Source: Octopus vulgaris (lineage: Eukaryota). Taken from it: a stretch of DNA of 64,000 nucleotides. The position numbers and the translations under genes were made by a program. Every line of letters begins with the position of its first letter. The first letter of the stretch is position 1. Below are positions 12,600-27,860 of the stretch, piece by piece. The notes below the pieces were generated by a model that did not search any database, had not been told where the DNA came from, and saw only the letters and a program-made list of their open reading frames with translations. The stretch covers positions 31,682,001 to 31,746,000 of the forward strand of contig OX597830.1 of the NCBI GenBank assembly GCA_951406725.2, in the 5' to 3' direction.

Positions 12600-12788
12600 T
12601 TGTTGCTGCTGAAGATGCAGCGATGGTTTACGAGGTGGATCAAGTCGCGATGATATTGCTCTGGCCGGAGACGCAGATTGTGACAGCACAAATTATACGA
12701 TGGCGGAGTAACGAACATGTTGACAGCAATGACAACAACAGCAATAACGAAGAGACAACATTGATATGAAGAATGATGATGATGATGG

Positions 12789-12834
<46 letters not shown>

Positions 12835-13619
12835 GGTGAGGACGACGATGACGACGACGATGATTATGATGATGATGATGGTGGTGATGATAATGATGAT
12901 CATGATGATGGTCATGATGATAATGATGAGGAGGAGGAAGAGGTGTGGGAGGATAGTCATGAGGAAGATGGCCAAACTATACTATTGCTCTAATTTGCAG
13001 TGTTGGCAATGCTATAAATAAAAGATGTTGATTATGATGATGATGATGGTGATGATGATGATGATGGTGATAGTTGTGGGGTAGTTGTGGTGGTGATGGT
13101 GGTGTTAATGGCAGTAGTTGGAGTGATGCTAGTGGTGGTGAGGTTGATGATGGTGACGGTGATGGTGGTGGTGTTGGTGAGAGTTATGATAATAATGATG
13201 ACAATGATGCTGATGCTGATGATGATGATGATGATAGTGATGGTGATGATGATGATGATTAGAATGGTGGTGGTGGTGGTGGTTGTGAGGGTTATGAGGA
13301 TAAAGACGATGACGATGATGATGATTATGATGATGAGAATGGTTTGGGGGTGGGTGGTGTTAGTGGTAGTGGTTTTCGTGATGATGACAGTGATGATGAT
13401 AACGATGATAATGAGGAGGAGGAGGAGCAGGAAGGGTTTGATGATGACAGCGGTGAGGATATGCCCACTACTGACTGAAAATACCTCCGTATTCAGCCTT
13501 GATGTCCAGCGCTAATGACCATGGGGATGGTTTATAGCAATGTGAGAGGTGATTATGGTAGCAAGGCTTGGATGGTTAAGAGGGACAATGAACGAAGGCT
13601 GATGATGATGATGATAATG

Positions 13620-13658
<39 letters not shown>

Positions 13659-13950
13659 GTGGTGGTTGTAGGGCTGATTCTGCTGCTGCTGCTGCTGCTG
13701 ATGGTGGTGGTGGTGGTTGTGATAACGATGTTGACGATGAAGATCACAATGATGACAGCGATGATGATAGTGGTAGTACTGGTGGTGGTGATGATGATGA
13801 TGATGATGACGGTGGTGGTTGTAGGGCTGATTCTGCTGCTGCTGCTGATGGTGGTGGTGGTGGTGGTGGTGGTGGTGGTGGTGATAACGATGTTGACGAT
13901 GAAGATCACAATGATGACAGCGATGATGATAGTGGTAGTAGTGGTGGTGG

Positions 13951-13992
<42 letters not shown>

Positions 13993-14040
13993 CAATAAGG
14001 ATGGCAATAACAAGAGTGAATATGAAGAACATGATGACAA
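11880..14040. repeat. Compound (GAT)/(GGT)/(TTG)/(CTG) trinucleotide low-complexity region
   Basis: Directly visible; includes a ~150-180 bp tandem duplication (13659-13810 / 13811-13990). Confidence 0.9.
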
Positions 14041-14064
14041 CAATCAATATTTTAGGGTTTCATA

Positions 14065-14250
14065 AAGGCTGCAAGCTCGCACAATCGTTTGCACACTGTA
14101 AAAAATTCTTGGCCGTATTTCAGCCCGCTTCACATTCTGAGATCTAATTCCACCAAGCACAACTTTACCTTCATCCTTTCACTGGGGTCAATGTCATCAA
14201 CTTAGTCCCACCCCTGAAATTGCCGGCCTTGTGCCAAAATTTGAAACTAA
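14065..14250 (+). mobile_element. Decayed SINE family A variant
   Basis: CACATTCTGAG...CTTCATCCTTTC...GGGGTCAATGT...CCTGAAATTGCCGGCCTTGTGCCAAAATTTGAAAC. Confidence 0.65.
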
Positions 14251-14424
14251 AATTTTGCGTTTTAATAGAACAAGTTGAATGGATCACAACACCGCAGGTT
14301 TGCAGAGGGAAAATAAGTGCAGGTTATTGTACTCTCAACGTGTGGGTGACCAAGCTATGTACCAGTATCCCACAAAATATCTATGTATACACATATAATA
14401 TGTATGTATATATATAAATGGACA

Positions 14425-14522
14425 CTGGAGTGGCTGTGTGGTAAGAAGCTTGCTTCCCAACCACATGGTTCTGAGTTCAGTCTCACTGCGTGGCATTTTG
14501 GGCAAGTGTCTTCTACTGTAGC
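14425..14522 (+). mobile_element. SINE family B head
   Basis: GGAGTGGCTGTGTGGTAAGAAGCTTGCTTCCCAACCACATGG. Confidence 0.8.
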
Positions 14523-15479
14523 GTCTGAGAAATTGTTGACTTTACTTCCATTGCCACACATCTGTTGTATTTCAGTTTCCTTCTGTTAAGCCAAACATAT
14601 TCCACTGACCCACTTCGATTATTATAAACTGGTTCTGAATCCTCCATGTCTTCATTCAACATCATTTCTGTTAGTTCACTTCATAGTAGTTTGGTTTGCA
14701 GTATAAGTGGTCATAATCTATAAACCGTTGACCTTGTTCTGTTTCCGTTACTAATTTCTTATAATTAGTTTACTAATGGCCCTCCATAATTCCAAAGTGG
14801 TGTCTCTCAACTGCTTCCACCTCCCATAGCATAAGCGGGGTGAGAATGGGAGTGTGGAGACAGGTAAGCAGGTGTTGGTACCCAAGTGCTGCATTTATGG
14901 GTCGGCATTTTTGGGGTCTGCTGTATAAGCCTGCATAGTTTTGAGGGCCTGATGTGGAGGACAGGAAACTGAAGCTCTAAACCAAGTGGCACACACAATA
15001 GCTACATCGTTGTCAACTTTACCTTATGTATATCCCAGCAAATTGCTCCCTTTTGTTGCATCCCATCTGTCTAGTCGATTCATCCAAATTTTTAAAGGAG
15101 GTTAAGAGGTTAAGAAAAATGTGTACTCTATACTAGGAAGAGAGCATAAATTCTCAATGTATTGCTAGAAAAAAATAACTTATCAGACCCTGAGTTTAAT
15201 TCTGGAAGAGAAAATCTATAAATCTATGCCACAATAATGTGTATCTGTGCAAAGGTGAGAGCTTGGTACTTCAGGTAAGGTATTTCTACACTTAATACAA
15301 TAATTAGAAAATAGTGATCCTATCTATTCAAGTGTTGTATAGGTGAACATTGGTGTCTTGTAAGCAAACAATGTTGTGACATCAAGAGAATTCCTTGTTA
15401 TTTTCTACTTTTCGATTGTTAATTACAACTGGATAATAGTATATTTGTTGAGGTTGTCCTTATTCTTTTATTGTTCACA

Positions 15480-17100
<1,621 letters not shown>

Positions 17101-17124
17101 GAAGCACTTATATATATAAAGTTA

Positions 17125-17362
17125 TATTTTCATCTACAGAGATGAAACAATATTTTTAATATTGACATCTCACCACTATGTTTCAATTGGATTGATCTCC
17201 GATCGTTATCAGATATAAAAGTACCTAGTTCTAATCAAGCTGGGTACTATGTACACATCCAGTAGTAATAACACACCTGATAACAACTAAAGATCAATCA
17301 AACAGGCTGAAATCTAGGGTAGAGGAAAATATTATAAAGTGTTTCATCTCAAAAGATGAAGT
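17125..17362. mobile_element. Decayed foldback element with HHR-like motif (minus, 17155-17220)
   Basis: Minus: TATAT-CTGATAA-C-GATCGGA..TCCAATT-GAAAC-AT...AT-GTC. Inverted partner at 17277-17360 (CTGATAAC...AGATCAATC...TGTTTCATCTC). Confidence 0.45.
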
Positions 17363-17675
17363 TGTACGTCGGATAAATTAATTAGAATTGTGGGAATTAT
17401 AACTTGTCTGAGCTGTTTATTCTTTCGCTGTTTTACAGTTGTTTGGCTACGGCCATGCTGGAGCAATCCTGATAAATAGTTTAGTTTATGATGATGTCAC
17501 CTGTATTATTTTCTGTTGGTTTGTTATGGTGCTTATTGTTGTATTGATCTACGTCTATTGATCTCTATCTATCGAATGGTTAAGTTAGCTTTTGATGCAA
17601 AGAGATGCTGCTTACCTATCTCCCCCTTATGTTTACAAGGTGTACGCAACCAGACACTGAGTCAGGATGGAAAGT

Positions 17676-17716
<41 letters not shown>

Positions 17717-17980
17717 GTATTGCATTCATTGAAGTGTCTAATCAGGGCGGTTATATGTATTCTATTGGTTGCAGGAACATAATCAAACCAACACTGGTCA
17801 AACATGAGGGAAACCAAACAAACATAAAATCACAAAGATAAATACACACAACATTATATATATATAAATATGTGTGTTTATTTGTTGTGTGTGTGTGTGT
17901 TATATACTGATATCTATATCTATCTATCTGCACAAACACACACACACACATATATATATATATAAACATACCTTCATTCA

Positions 17981-18026
<46 letters not shown>

Positions 18027-18031
18027 TTTAC

Positions 18032-18082
<51 letters not shown>

Positions 18083-18138
18083 CACATACATACATATATA
18101 TACACATATATATATATTTACATATATTTAAGTATATG

Positions 18139-18460
18139 TGAAGGTGCGTGGCTTAGTGGTTAGGGCATTTGGCTCACATTCGTAAGATCTTGAGTTCAAT
18201 TCCCAGCAATGCATTGCGTCCTTGAGCAAGACATTTCATTTCACGTTGCTGCAGTCCACTCAGCTGGCAAAAACGAGTAGTACCTGTATTTCAAAGGGCC
18301 AGCCTTGTCACACTCTGTGTCACGCTGAATCTCCCTGAAAACTATGTAAATGGTACATGTGTCTGTGGAATGCTCAGCCACTTGCACATTAATTCCATGA
18401 GCAGGCTGTTCAGTTGATCGTATCAGCTGGACCTCTCATCATCGTAACTGACGGAGTTCT
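18139..18460 (+). mobile_element. SINE with family D-type head and a different tail
   Basis: GAAGGTGCGTGGCTTAGTGGTTAGGGC...GAGTTCAATTCCC...CCTTGAGCAAGAC; tail shared with 41762-41945. Confidence 0.85.
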
Positions 18461-18476
18461 CCTTAATATTTATATA

Positions 18477-18554
<78 letters not shown>

Positions 18555-18895
18555 TAGAAAAATAGATAGATTGACAGAGATAGATAGAAAGATGTATAGA
18601 TAGATTGACAGATTGATAGATAGATAGATAGATAGATAGATAGACAGATAGATAGATAAATGGATAGATAGATAGATAGGTATAGACATACATTACTGCA
18701 TATTACATAAGCAGATTAACCAGTTGCCTATGTATTTGTTTTATGTTTTCCTTTTAATCATAAAACATTCCTTCATATCTGGTGTTATATTTGTACAACC
18801 CTGTAGACACAGAAAGGAACTGCTCCAGTATGGCATGGTCTAAGACTTGACAGCCACAAATAATTAACAAACAAACAGCGATACACATATGAATA

Positions 18896-18947
<52 letters not shown>

Positions 18948-19032
18948 TTCTTTTACACGTTTCAGGTATTTGACTGAGGCCATGCTGGAGCACTGCCATA
19001 ATATATATATATATATATATATACATATAATG

Positions 19033-19330
19033 TGGAGGCGCAATGGCCAAGTGGTTAGGGCAGCGTACTCGCGGTCGTAGGATTGCGGTTTCGATTCCCA
19101 TACCGGGCGTTGTGAGTGTTTATTGAGCGAAAACACCTTAAAGCTCCATGAGGCTCCGGCAGGGGGTGGTGATCCCTGCTGTACTCTTTCACCCCTGTTT
19201 CTCTCACTCTTTCTTCTATTGGCCTGCTCGCTTAGCCAGCGGGGTGGCATCATTCGAAGGCTAAAACAATGCGAACGCATTGTGACCAGCGATGTGTAAC
19301 AACATCTGATGGTCTGGTCAGTCACGTGAT
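19033..19330 (+). mobile_element. tRNA-derived SINE, family C (alternative tail)
   Basis: GGAGGCGCAATGGCCAAGTGGTTAGGGCAGCG...GGTTTCGATTCCC. Confidence 0.85.
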
Positions 19331-19396
19331 ATATAACGTAGTCATATTTATATATGTATGTATGTATATATGTATTTATGTATCCATCTGTCTGTT

Positions 19397-19457
<61 letters not shown>

Positions 19458-20435
19458 TTATTTTGGAGATTGTATATAGTAGTATACTTGTGCATCTTAG
19501 TATAAACAAAATTGTTTTCCAGATAATTTTCTGGCACTTACCATTTTCATATAAATAAATAAATAAATCCCTCCTTGTCTCCCTCTCTATTTTCCTCTCT
19601 CTCTCTCTTTCTCTTTGTGACTATTTATTCCTCCCTCTCCCTTGGTCTCTCCCTCTCCCACCTTCCCTTTCACTCTCTCCCTCTCTTTATCTTTGTGACT
19701 ATTTATTCCATCCCTTGCCCTCTCCCCTCTCTCCTTTCCTTCTTTCCTTCCCCTTCTTCGATAAGTCACTCTGTATAGTAATCCCTACCCACAATTTAGT
19801 AGCCACTCAATAGAAATTCTAGTGTATAAATTGCCAGGCAAGAATTTGGTAAGTTACTGTTTGGTCAGTGCTGGTCAGTCATTGCAACCAATGAGAAACA
19901 GCCTTTGGCTGCTTGACCATACGCAGCTGCTGCAGTAGCTACCAGTGCATTTTAGTATACAACTAGTAGCCATCATTGGTTGATGCAGTCTGTGAGCTGT
20001 TGTCCACTCTGGACTAATGTTATACTATATGATGTGGTCAAGCAGTTGTAGAGGCGTGACTGTTTGTACAATTCCAAGACCATGAATGCTGGTTGCAGGG
20101 AGTAGGAGGTGGATATTTGACTGTAGTGATCTTAGTGGACTAAACCCACCAGCAACAAACCGTATTGGCTACAGTGCCATACTAATGTGTTTATCTCTCA
20201 CAGAACCAGAGAATCATTGAGAGGCACGAGCGCTTCTCATTGGATTTTACATTGTTATAGGGAGAAGTTAAATGGAAATGGAAGCATCTGATGGTTATGC
20301 CTTCTCATTTGATATTAACAATGGGCAGTAAGATGAACTTTATACAAAACAAATGATGATGATGATAATGATGATGGTGGTGGTGGTGGTGCTGGTGCTG
20401 GTGGTGGTGATGATGATGATGAGGATAAGAAGAAG

Positions 20436-20622
20436 AAGGTCATACGCTGTTTGACTTGATATGAGATTACTATGTTGTGTACATGTGGTTGTGATGCATG
20501 TGCCTAGTGTACCCTTATCAAAATGGGTAGTCATGATGGGATTTGTAGCCCAGTGTCACTTTGATGGCATACCTCCCCCCCCCATGTGTCACTCTGATTT
20601 CATGCACTGCTCTCTCACTCAT
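20436..20622 (+). repeat. 3' part of the interspersed repeat seen at 42420-42978
   Basis: Shared GTCAT...CTGTTT..CTTGAT.TGAGAT...TAGTCATGATGGG...CCCAGTGTCACTTTGATGGCAT. Confidence 0.7.
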
Positions 20623-20624
20623 CT

Positions 20625-20834
20625 TTTCTACTAATGGCACAAGGCCTGAAATTGTGGGGAAGGGGCTAGTTGATTACAGTGACCCCAGTGTTTCACTGGT
20701 ACTTAATATATCCACCCCAAAAGGATGAAAGGCAAAATCGACCTCAGAGGTATTTGAACTCAGAATGTAGTGACGGGCAAAATACTGCTAAGCATTTTGC
20801 CTGGCGTGCTAATGATTTTGTTATCGCACCACCT

Positions 20835-20898
<64 letters not shown>

Positions 20899-21017
20899 AA
20901 TGAACGAACTATTGAGTTTGGTTTAATGGCCTACCAATACTATGAGTTTCTTTGCCCTAGGAGTCGGGAAGACACTCGGCAAGAAATGGAAGCAAATTTG
21001 AAAGAAGAAAAAAAAAA

Positions 21018-21056
<39 letters not shown>

Positions 21057-21111
21057 GTAATAATGATGATGATGATGATGATGATGATAATAATGATGAT
21101 AATAATAATAT

Positions 21112-21169
<58 letters not shown>

Positions 21170-21655
21170 TAATAATAATAATAATGATGATGATGATGAT
21201 GACGATGATGATGATGATGATGATGATGATAATGATGATTTTAAACTTTAGCACAAGGCTAGCAAGTTTTGTGGGAGAAGGCTAATTGAGAAGGCTGATT
21301 CACCCCTGTATTCAACTGATAATTATTTTATCAACCCTGAAAGGATGAAAGGCAAAGTCCATCTTGGCAATATCTGAATTCAGAACATAAAGGCAAGCAA
21401 AATGCCAGTAAACACTTTGTCCATAGTGCTAATGATTTTTTTTCTACTCTAGGCACAAGGCCCGAAATTTTTTGGGGAAAGGGACCAGTCAATTAGATCC
21501 ATCCCAGTATGCAACTGGTACTTCATTTATCGACCCTGAAAGGATGAAAAAGCAAAGTTGACCTTGGTGGAATTTGAACTCAGAACATAAAGACGGACGA
21601 AATAATGTTAAGCATGTTATCCAGCGTGCTAACTTTTCTGTCAGCTTACCACCTT
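20625..21655 (-). mobile_element. Three family A SINE copies (20625-20835, 21245-21435, 21440-21655) around a (TAA)n/(GAT)n tract
   Basis: Each has AAGGATGAAA..CAAAGT/ATC...GAA(C/T)TCAGAA, the reverse complement of the family A core. Confidence 0.8.
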
Positions 21656-21689
21656 CGATAAAGATAACAACAACAAATAACTTGAGAAA

Positions 21690-21880
21690 ATATGTGTAAG
21701 GGGAGAATGTGTGATCAAAATGTAGAATACGTGGAATACTGAGATAAAAGAATGGCACATGCAGTTGCAGAATGTCCCAAGTTGACCCAGGGAGAATATA
21801 AGAAATGGAAACATGATCAAATCGTGAACTTTTTTGTACTGGAAACTCTGTCAAAAAAAGGGGTTTCAAAAAGTGACTTG
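21690..21880 (+). mobile_element. Dong/R4-type non-LTR retrotransposon fragment (zinc-knuckle region)
   Basis: SKCRIRG / DKRMAHAVAECPKLTQGEYKKWKHDQIV / YWKLCQKKGF matches the CxxC...H...C...RHD...HW motif of RLE-type elements. Confidence 0.75.
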
Positions 21881-22671
21881 TATGTCCTAGTTTAATTAAC
21901 AAGTGAAATTGTCTCCAATTATACCTTACCACTTTTACAAGCAAAAAAAAAAAAAAAGGGGGGAAATTAAAGGGTGCACATTTCTTTACACAGTATAGTC
22001 CTAGCTGTAGTATGTTTGTCCAAAAGCTGGGTGATCAGAGATGGAATATCTTTGATTGATCATATGTGTTCTGGATTAGGACAGCAATAACAACAATTAT
22101 GTTTAACATTAGCACAAGAACACAGATTTGGAGGAATGGAAAGAGGCATTGAGCTTAATTAATATCGGCATCAGCATTTGACAAGTAATTATATAACTGA
22201 ACCCAAAGAGATGAAAGCTTGGAAATATTTGAACTTAGATCCACAAAGTGATGCAACATAATACCACAAGGTATTTGTCTGATATGCATGCATACATGTA
22301 TGTATGTATATATGTATGCATATACGTATGTATGTATATGTATGTATGTATGAATGTATATATGTATGTATGCATTTAAGCATGTATGGCAACATGCTTA
22401 TACGTATATATGTATTTATGTACTCATATAAATATGTGTGTGTATAAATACACTCACATACATACATACATACATACATACATGCACACCACAGGCTCAC
22501 ACATTCATGTTGTTTGGATTTTTGCTAATTTACATGTATCAATTGCATTCACAAGTTCTTGGTTGCCACATGGCTATAGCAGAAGCAATGCCCTTGTAGT
22601 GACACCAAAATGTAAACTACATGGTTCCTAAACAAACTTAACAAGCAATGCTTGCACCCATACACACACAC

Positions 22672-22702
<31 letters not shown>

Positions 22703-22754
22703 CATGTGTGTATATATATATATATATTTATTTATATATGTATATATATGTATG

Positions 22755-22794
<40 letters not shown>

Positions 22795-23028
22795 CCAGAG
22801 TTTGCGCATAAATGCAAAACAAGTTGGGAAAAATAGTACTCAAATACTGAAGGTAGAGTATTATGTCTTTTCACTTAAGCTGCAAAAACATCCCAAAAAA
22901 ACTGCTACTCAGAGTTTCACATTCCAGTTCATTAGGCAGTTGTGATACAGAACTTATACAACAACTGCCTGATGAATGTAAAACTGTGTAGCAGTTTTTC
23001 ATGATGTCTCGGCAGCTTTAATAAAACA

Positions 23029-23030
<2 letters not shown>
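22795..23030. mobile_element. Foldback element with two decayed HHR copies (22900-22941 minus; 22963-22996 plus)
   Basis: Minus: AACTGC-CTAATGA-AC..GT-GAAAC-TCTGA-GTA-GCAGTT. Plus: AACTGC-CTGATGA...GTA-GCAGTT. Flanked by (TA)n; tail shared with 59140-59250. Confidence 0.7.
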
Positions 23031-23120
<90 letters not shown>

Positions 23121-23218
23121 GTGTATATATATATATATATACATACATATATATATGCATGTATGTATGTATAGTACTAATAAAATAAATGGAATGTGTA
23201 ATAAATAGACTGTATTTG

Positions 23219-23260
23219 GTGCAACACATGTTTCAACCCATTCTGGGTCTCTTCAGGTAC
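23219..23260 (-). ncRNA. Minimal type I hammerhead motif
   Basis: GTAC-CTGAAGA-GACCC-AGAAT-GGGTT-GAAAC-ATGT-GTT-GCAC. Confidence 0.7.
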
Positions 23261-23678
23261 ATCAATAAAAAGTCTCACTAGAGATTTCTTGAGTCGGCTG
23301 AAGTATCGCTATACGTCCATCAAATTCTCAAATTTGATGGACATATAGTGCTGAAGATACTGAAAATGTTCTGCTCATGGTTAAGGTTTGTTTTAACACT
23401 TATTTCTAGCAATGCTGGTACTTACTTGCACCCTTAGTCACTTTTACAAACGTTTGTACTTGTATCTTTTGATTTTAAATTGTGACTAGCAACTTTATAA
23501 ATTGATATATATATATATTAACATTAAAGGTGCAAAACTGAACATTACCAATTGGTCAATAACTGATGAAGAATTATGGACTTTCTGTTTTAGCAGCAGT
23601 GTGGCCACATAAGAATACCCACCTTCGAAGAACAGATTGGAGTAAGTGGAGCAAGGACACACTCGAAAACAAAAAATT

Positions 23679-23718
23679 TTGCTGAAGAGGTTACAGATGT
23701 GTGACGAAAGATTTTTGG
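23679..23718 (+). ncRNA. Decayed hammerhead motif, same family as 39954
   Basis: CTGAAGA-G-GTTACA-GATG-TGTGAC-GAAAG; stems I and III degenerate. Confidence 0.5.
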
Positions 23719-23779
23719 ACAATGAACACAAGTTAAAATAATAAAATAAGAACATTTATAAAGGAGTGAAAAAATAATA

Positions 23780-24397
<618 letters not shown>

Positions 24398-24508
24398 ATA
24401 TATATATATGAATATATATAACATCAGTGAATCGTAAATCTGAAAGAGAAGCATGCTCTAAGTTATAGAGCAGTTGTGTATTGAGAGAAATGACCAGTGG
24501 TCTATAAA

Positions 24509-24583
<75 letters not shown>

Positions 24584-24665
24584 ATATATATATATATATA
24601 ATTCAATAATTATAAGCATAATTATATAATTTATAATTTATAACTATAGAATCTATAATTGAAAT

Positions 24666-24741
24666 ACTACACTGAAGACGGAAATAAGTGGGTTAAAAAA
24701 TAAAATTTTATATCTCTTTAATCCAGAAACACGTATGTGGT
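24666..24741 (+). ncRNA. Type I hammerhead motif with extended stem II
   Basis: ACTACA-CTGAAGA-CGGA...TCCA-GAAAC-AC-GTA-TGTGGT (6-bp stem I with one G.U). Confidence 0.75.
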
Positions 24742-25134
24742 TGATCAAAGCCAGGTGGATTCATCGTTTTTTCTCTTTACCTACATAAATTAAGAGTATT
24801 GCTGTGTGGGAGATATCTTATGGGAATAGTATTTAACTGGTATTTCTAAATTTCGGTATGTGGTGAAGCAATTTGCTGAACCCTAGATTATAATTATGCA
24901 TATAATTATAGAATTTTTTGTATAAGGTTACCGATAATGGTTCTTTTAACATACTGAACTAGTAGGTAAAAATTATGAATTACTGTATATGTATACACAG
25001 CAACAACAATGGTGACAGGTACAAAATTCAAACAGACAGGTACATACCCATTTTCGTTGAAAACTGAAATGGAAAGAAAAGGGATCATTTGAAATATAAG
25101 AAATCACATGGATATTGTATATATATATATATAA

Positions 25135-25420
25135 ACTTAGATAACTTAGATATGTTTCGACCAATGATTGGTCCAGGCCATGTCTAACTTAATAGCACCA
25201 CCTGATAGGATTATTTGAATCCTGTTTAAGTCAAGTTTTGTTTATGATCCATTCAAGTAGTGAGTTTTTGTTGGGTGAGTTATATCCAATTATGGGTGGC
25301 TTATCTGGTATTCCTTGAAGGAATCTATCCAGACTCCGTTTAAAGTTGATGGGATCCTGTTCCTCTTTGATCTCTTTCGGGACAATGTTAAATAGGGCAG
25401 GGCCTGTTGAGGAAAATGCG
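25135..25420 (-). mobile_element. CR1-group LINE 3' end
   Basis: FSSTGPALFNIVPKEIK...FKRSLDRFLQGIPDKP...NSLLEW, then a short 3' UTR with hairpin GACCAATCATTGGTC and (TATCTAAGT)2 tail. Confidence 0.75.
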
Positions 25421-25579
25421 TGCATATGTGTGTGTGTGTGTGCCCTTTTTTGTATTTGTTTACATGTGTATAAACATATATCTACTTTTAAAAATATATA
25501 TATATATACACATGCATACATGTATATATATATATATAAGTATATGTATATTTATATATATTTTTATATATGTGTGTGT

Positions 25580-25802
25580 GAATCTTTGTGTCTGTATTTG
25601 TCCACCCACCACCACTTGAAAACCAGCGTTGATGTGTTTGCATCCCTGTAAGTCAGTGGTTTAGCAAAAGAGACTGATAGAAGAAATACCAGGCTTAACA
25701 AAGTAGTACTGGGACCAGTTCATTCATTTGACTAAAAATTCTTCAAGGGAGTGCCCCAACATGGCTGTGATCTAATGACTGAAAGAAGTAAACGACAAAA
25801 GA
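25580..25802 (+). mobile_element. SINE family B 3' half
   Basis: Matches the family B tail. Confidence 0.75.
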
Positions 25803-25890
25803 TATGTATATACGCACAGGCACAAATATTATATAAACATGTTAACATAGACACATGCATATATGTCTCCCTCTCACACTGTATATATAC

Positions 25891-25953
<63 letters not shown>

Positions 25954-25974
25954 TAGATGGATAGAGAGATAGAG

Positions 25975-26029
<55 letters not shown>

Positions 26030-26232
26030 TAGAGAGAGAGTGAGAGATAGAGAGAGAATGAGAGATAGATCAAATACATATGCTGTATATATATATATAT
26101 GTATATATATGATATAAATATATACATATACATATATATATACATGTATTTACATATAAATATACATACGTATAGATATATATATGTATGTGTATATATA
26201 TATAGATATATATACATCTACATGTGTATATA

Positions 26233-26274
<42 letters not shown>

Positions 26275-26671
26275 TGTATATATATATGAATATAATATAA
26301 TAGTAAATAATTATTAATTTTAAAATTCATAATTATTACCAAGTAGTTTTCAGTATGGAAATATATAACCATTATCAGTAGGAACTTTTACAAAAAGTTC
26401 TTTATATATATATATGCATATGCATATGTGAGTTGTAAGTAAATGTTATATGTGTAGCTATATTTGTAGTTAATAGGAATAAGCGGTTTTTGACTGCTAT
26501 TTCTAAATTTTCGGTATGCTGCTAAGCAACTTGTTGCTTAACCCTATTTATTTATATATGAATATGTTTATATATTTATATACATATATATGTTTGTGTG
26601 TATATGTGTGTGTGTTTGTAATGTATACATATACATACATACATACATACACACACATATATATATGTGTA

Positions 26672-26809
<138 letters not shown>

Positions 26810-27439
26810 CTGTACTTGGAGAAGAAACGAAACAAATCGAATCGACGCGAGGGCGCTCAGTCATACAATAGTGTAATGAATAAAATATATGCATACATAT
26901 ATATATGTACGTACCTACATCTACATGTATATATACGTGCATATATAAATATATATACGTGAGTACAGGACACCACAAATAGACGTAGAACTCAACGAGA
27001 AACGAAAACGTAAAAACAAGCATGGAACAGACCATTTTTTTACAACGAAAAAACAGAGTACAAGACAAACTACACAAGGAAAAATCCCCTTCATCAGCTG
27101 TCCCTAGTTCAACTCCAGCATGTTTCTAAGGTGAGAACAGAACATGACTCGTCGAACTAGCCCTTCTTGCGAAAGAATTAAATAAAATTACTTCGCAGAG
27201 GGGTAAAAAACAAGGAAAGAAAAAAATGTGACACAAACAGGACGTAAAAACGATACAAATAAAATTACAAAATAAAATACAAAATAAAATACAAAATAAA
27301 ATACAAAATAAAATAAAAAATAAAAATACAATTACAAAAAAATACAATACGAGAAATAAAAACAAACAAGAAAACAAATGAAGAGGGCCTTTTTTGGCCT
27401 AGACAAGGAAATATTCATTTATTTATTTATTTATGCATA

Positions 27440-27860
27440 AATATCAGCAACAGATGGATGGTCATTCACTGCATCTGTTTCAGACATGTTTTATTTTGAT
27501 GAACAAAAGTATACTGTCATGCAAAAAAAAAAAAAGAAAGAAGAAAAACTGTTTTCATCAGGTGAATACAGGTAAGAATTAACAATTATAACTTTCCAAG
27601 AACAAGTACTCTCTGACTGAATTTGGATCAGTTGAGTTACCTGGCACTATGAACTCATCCTTGAAATGTTCTAATTGTTAATTCCTACCTGTGTTCATCT
27701 GATGAAAACAGATTTTTGGGGTTTTATTTTTTTTGCATGATGGAATACTTCTGCTCATTATAAAAACATTTTCTGAAACAGCTGTAGAGAACTATTGTTG
27801 TATTTATTCCTCACCTAACTTGGAACCTAAATTCTTATGTATCTGGAATTGGTGGACAAT
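27440..27860. mobile_element. Foldback element with two long-stem-II HHR copies (27464-27567 minus; 27693-27792 plus)
   Basis: Minus: ATTCAC-CTGATGA...GAAAC-AGAT-GCA-GTGAAT. Plus: GTTCAT-CTGATGA...GAAAC-AGCT-GTA-GAGAAC. Arms alignable over >120 bp. Confidence 0.7.

Noticed and set aside
19033-19105. tRNA gene (also the heads at 905, 1847, 7208, 18139, 46282)
   Set aside because: No complete acceptor stem or terminator; each continues into a repeated SINE body.
20204-20327. Coding exon with branch point TACTAAT, CAG acceptor and GTAAGA donor
   Set aside because: Stop codons occur in all three frames; a non-coding exon cannot be excluded.
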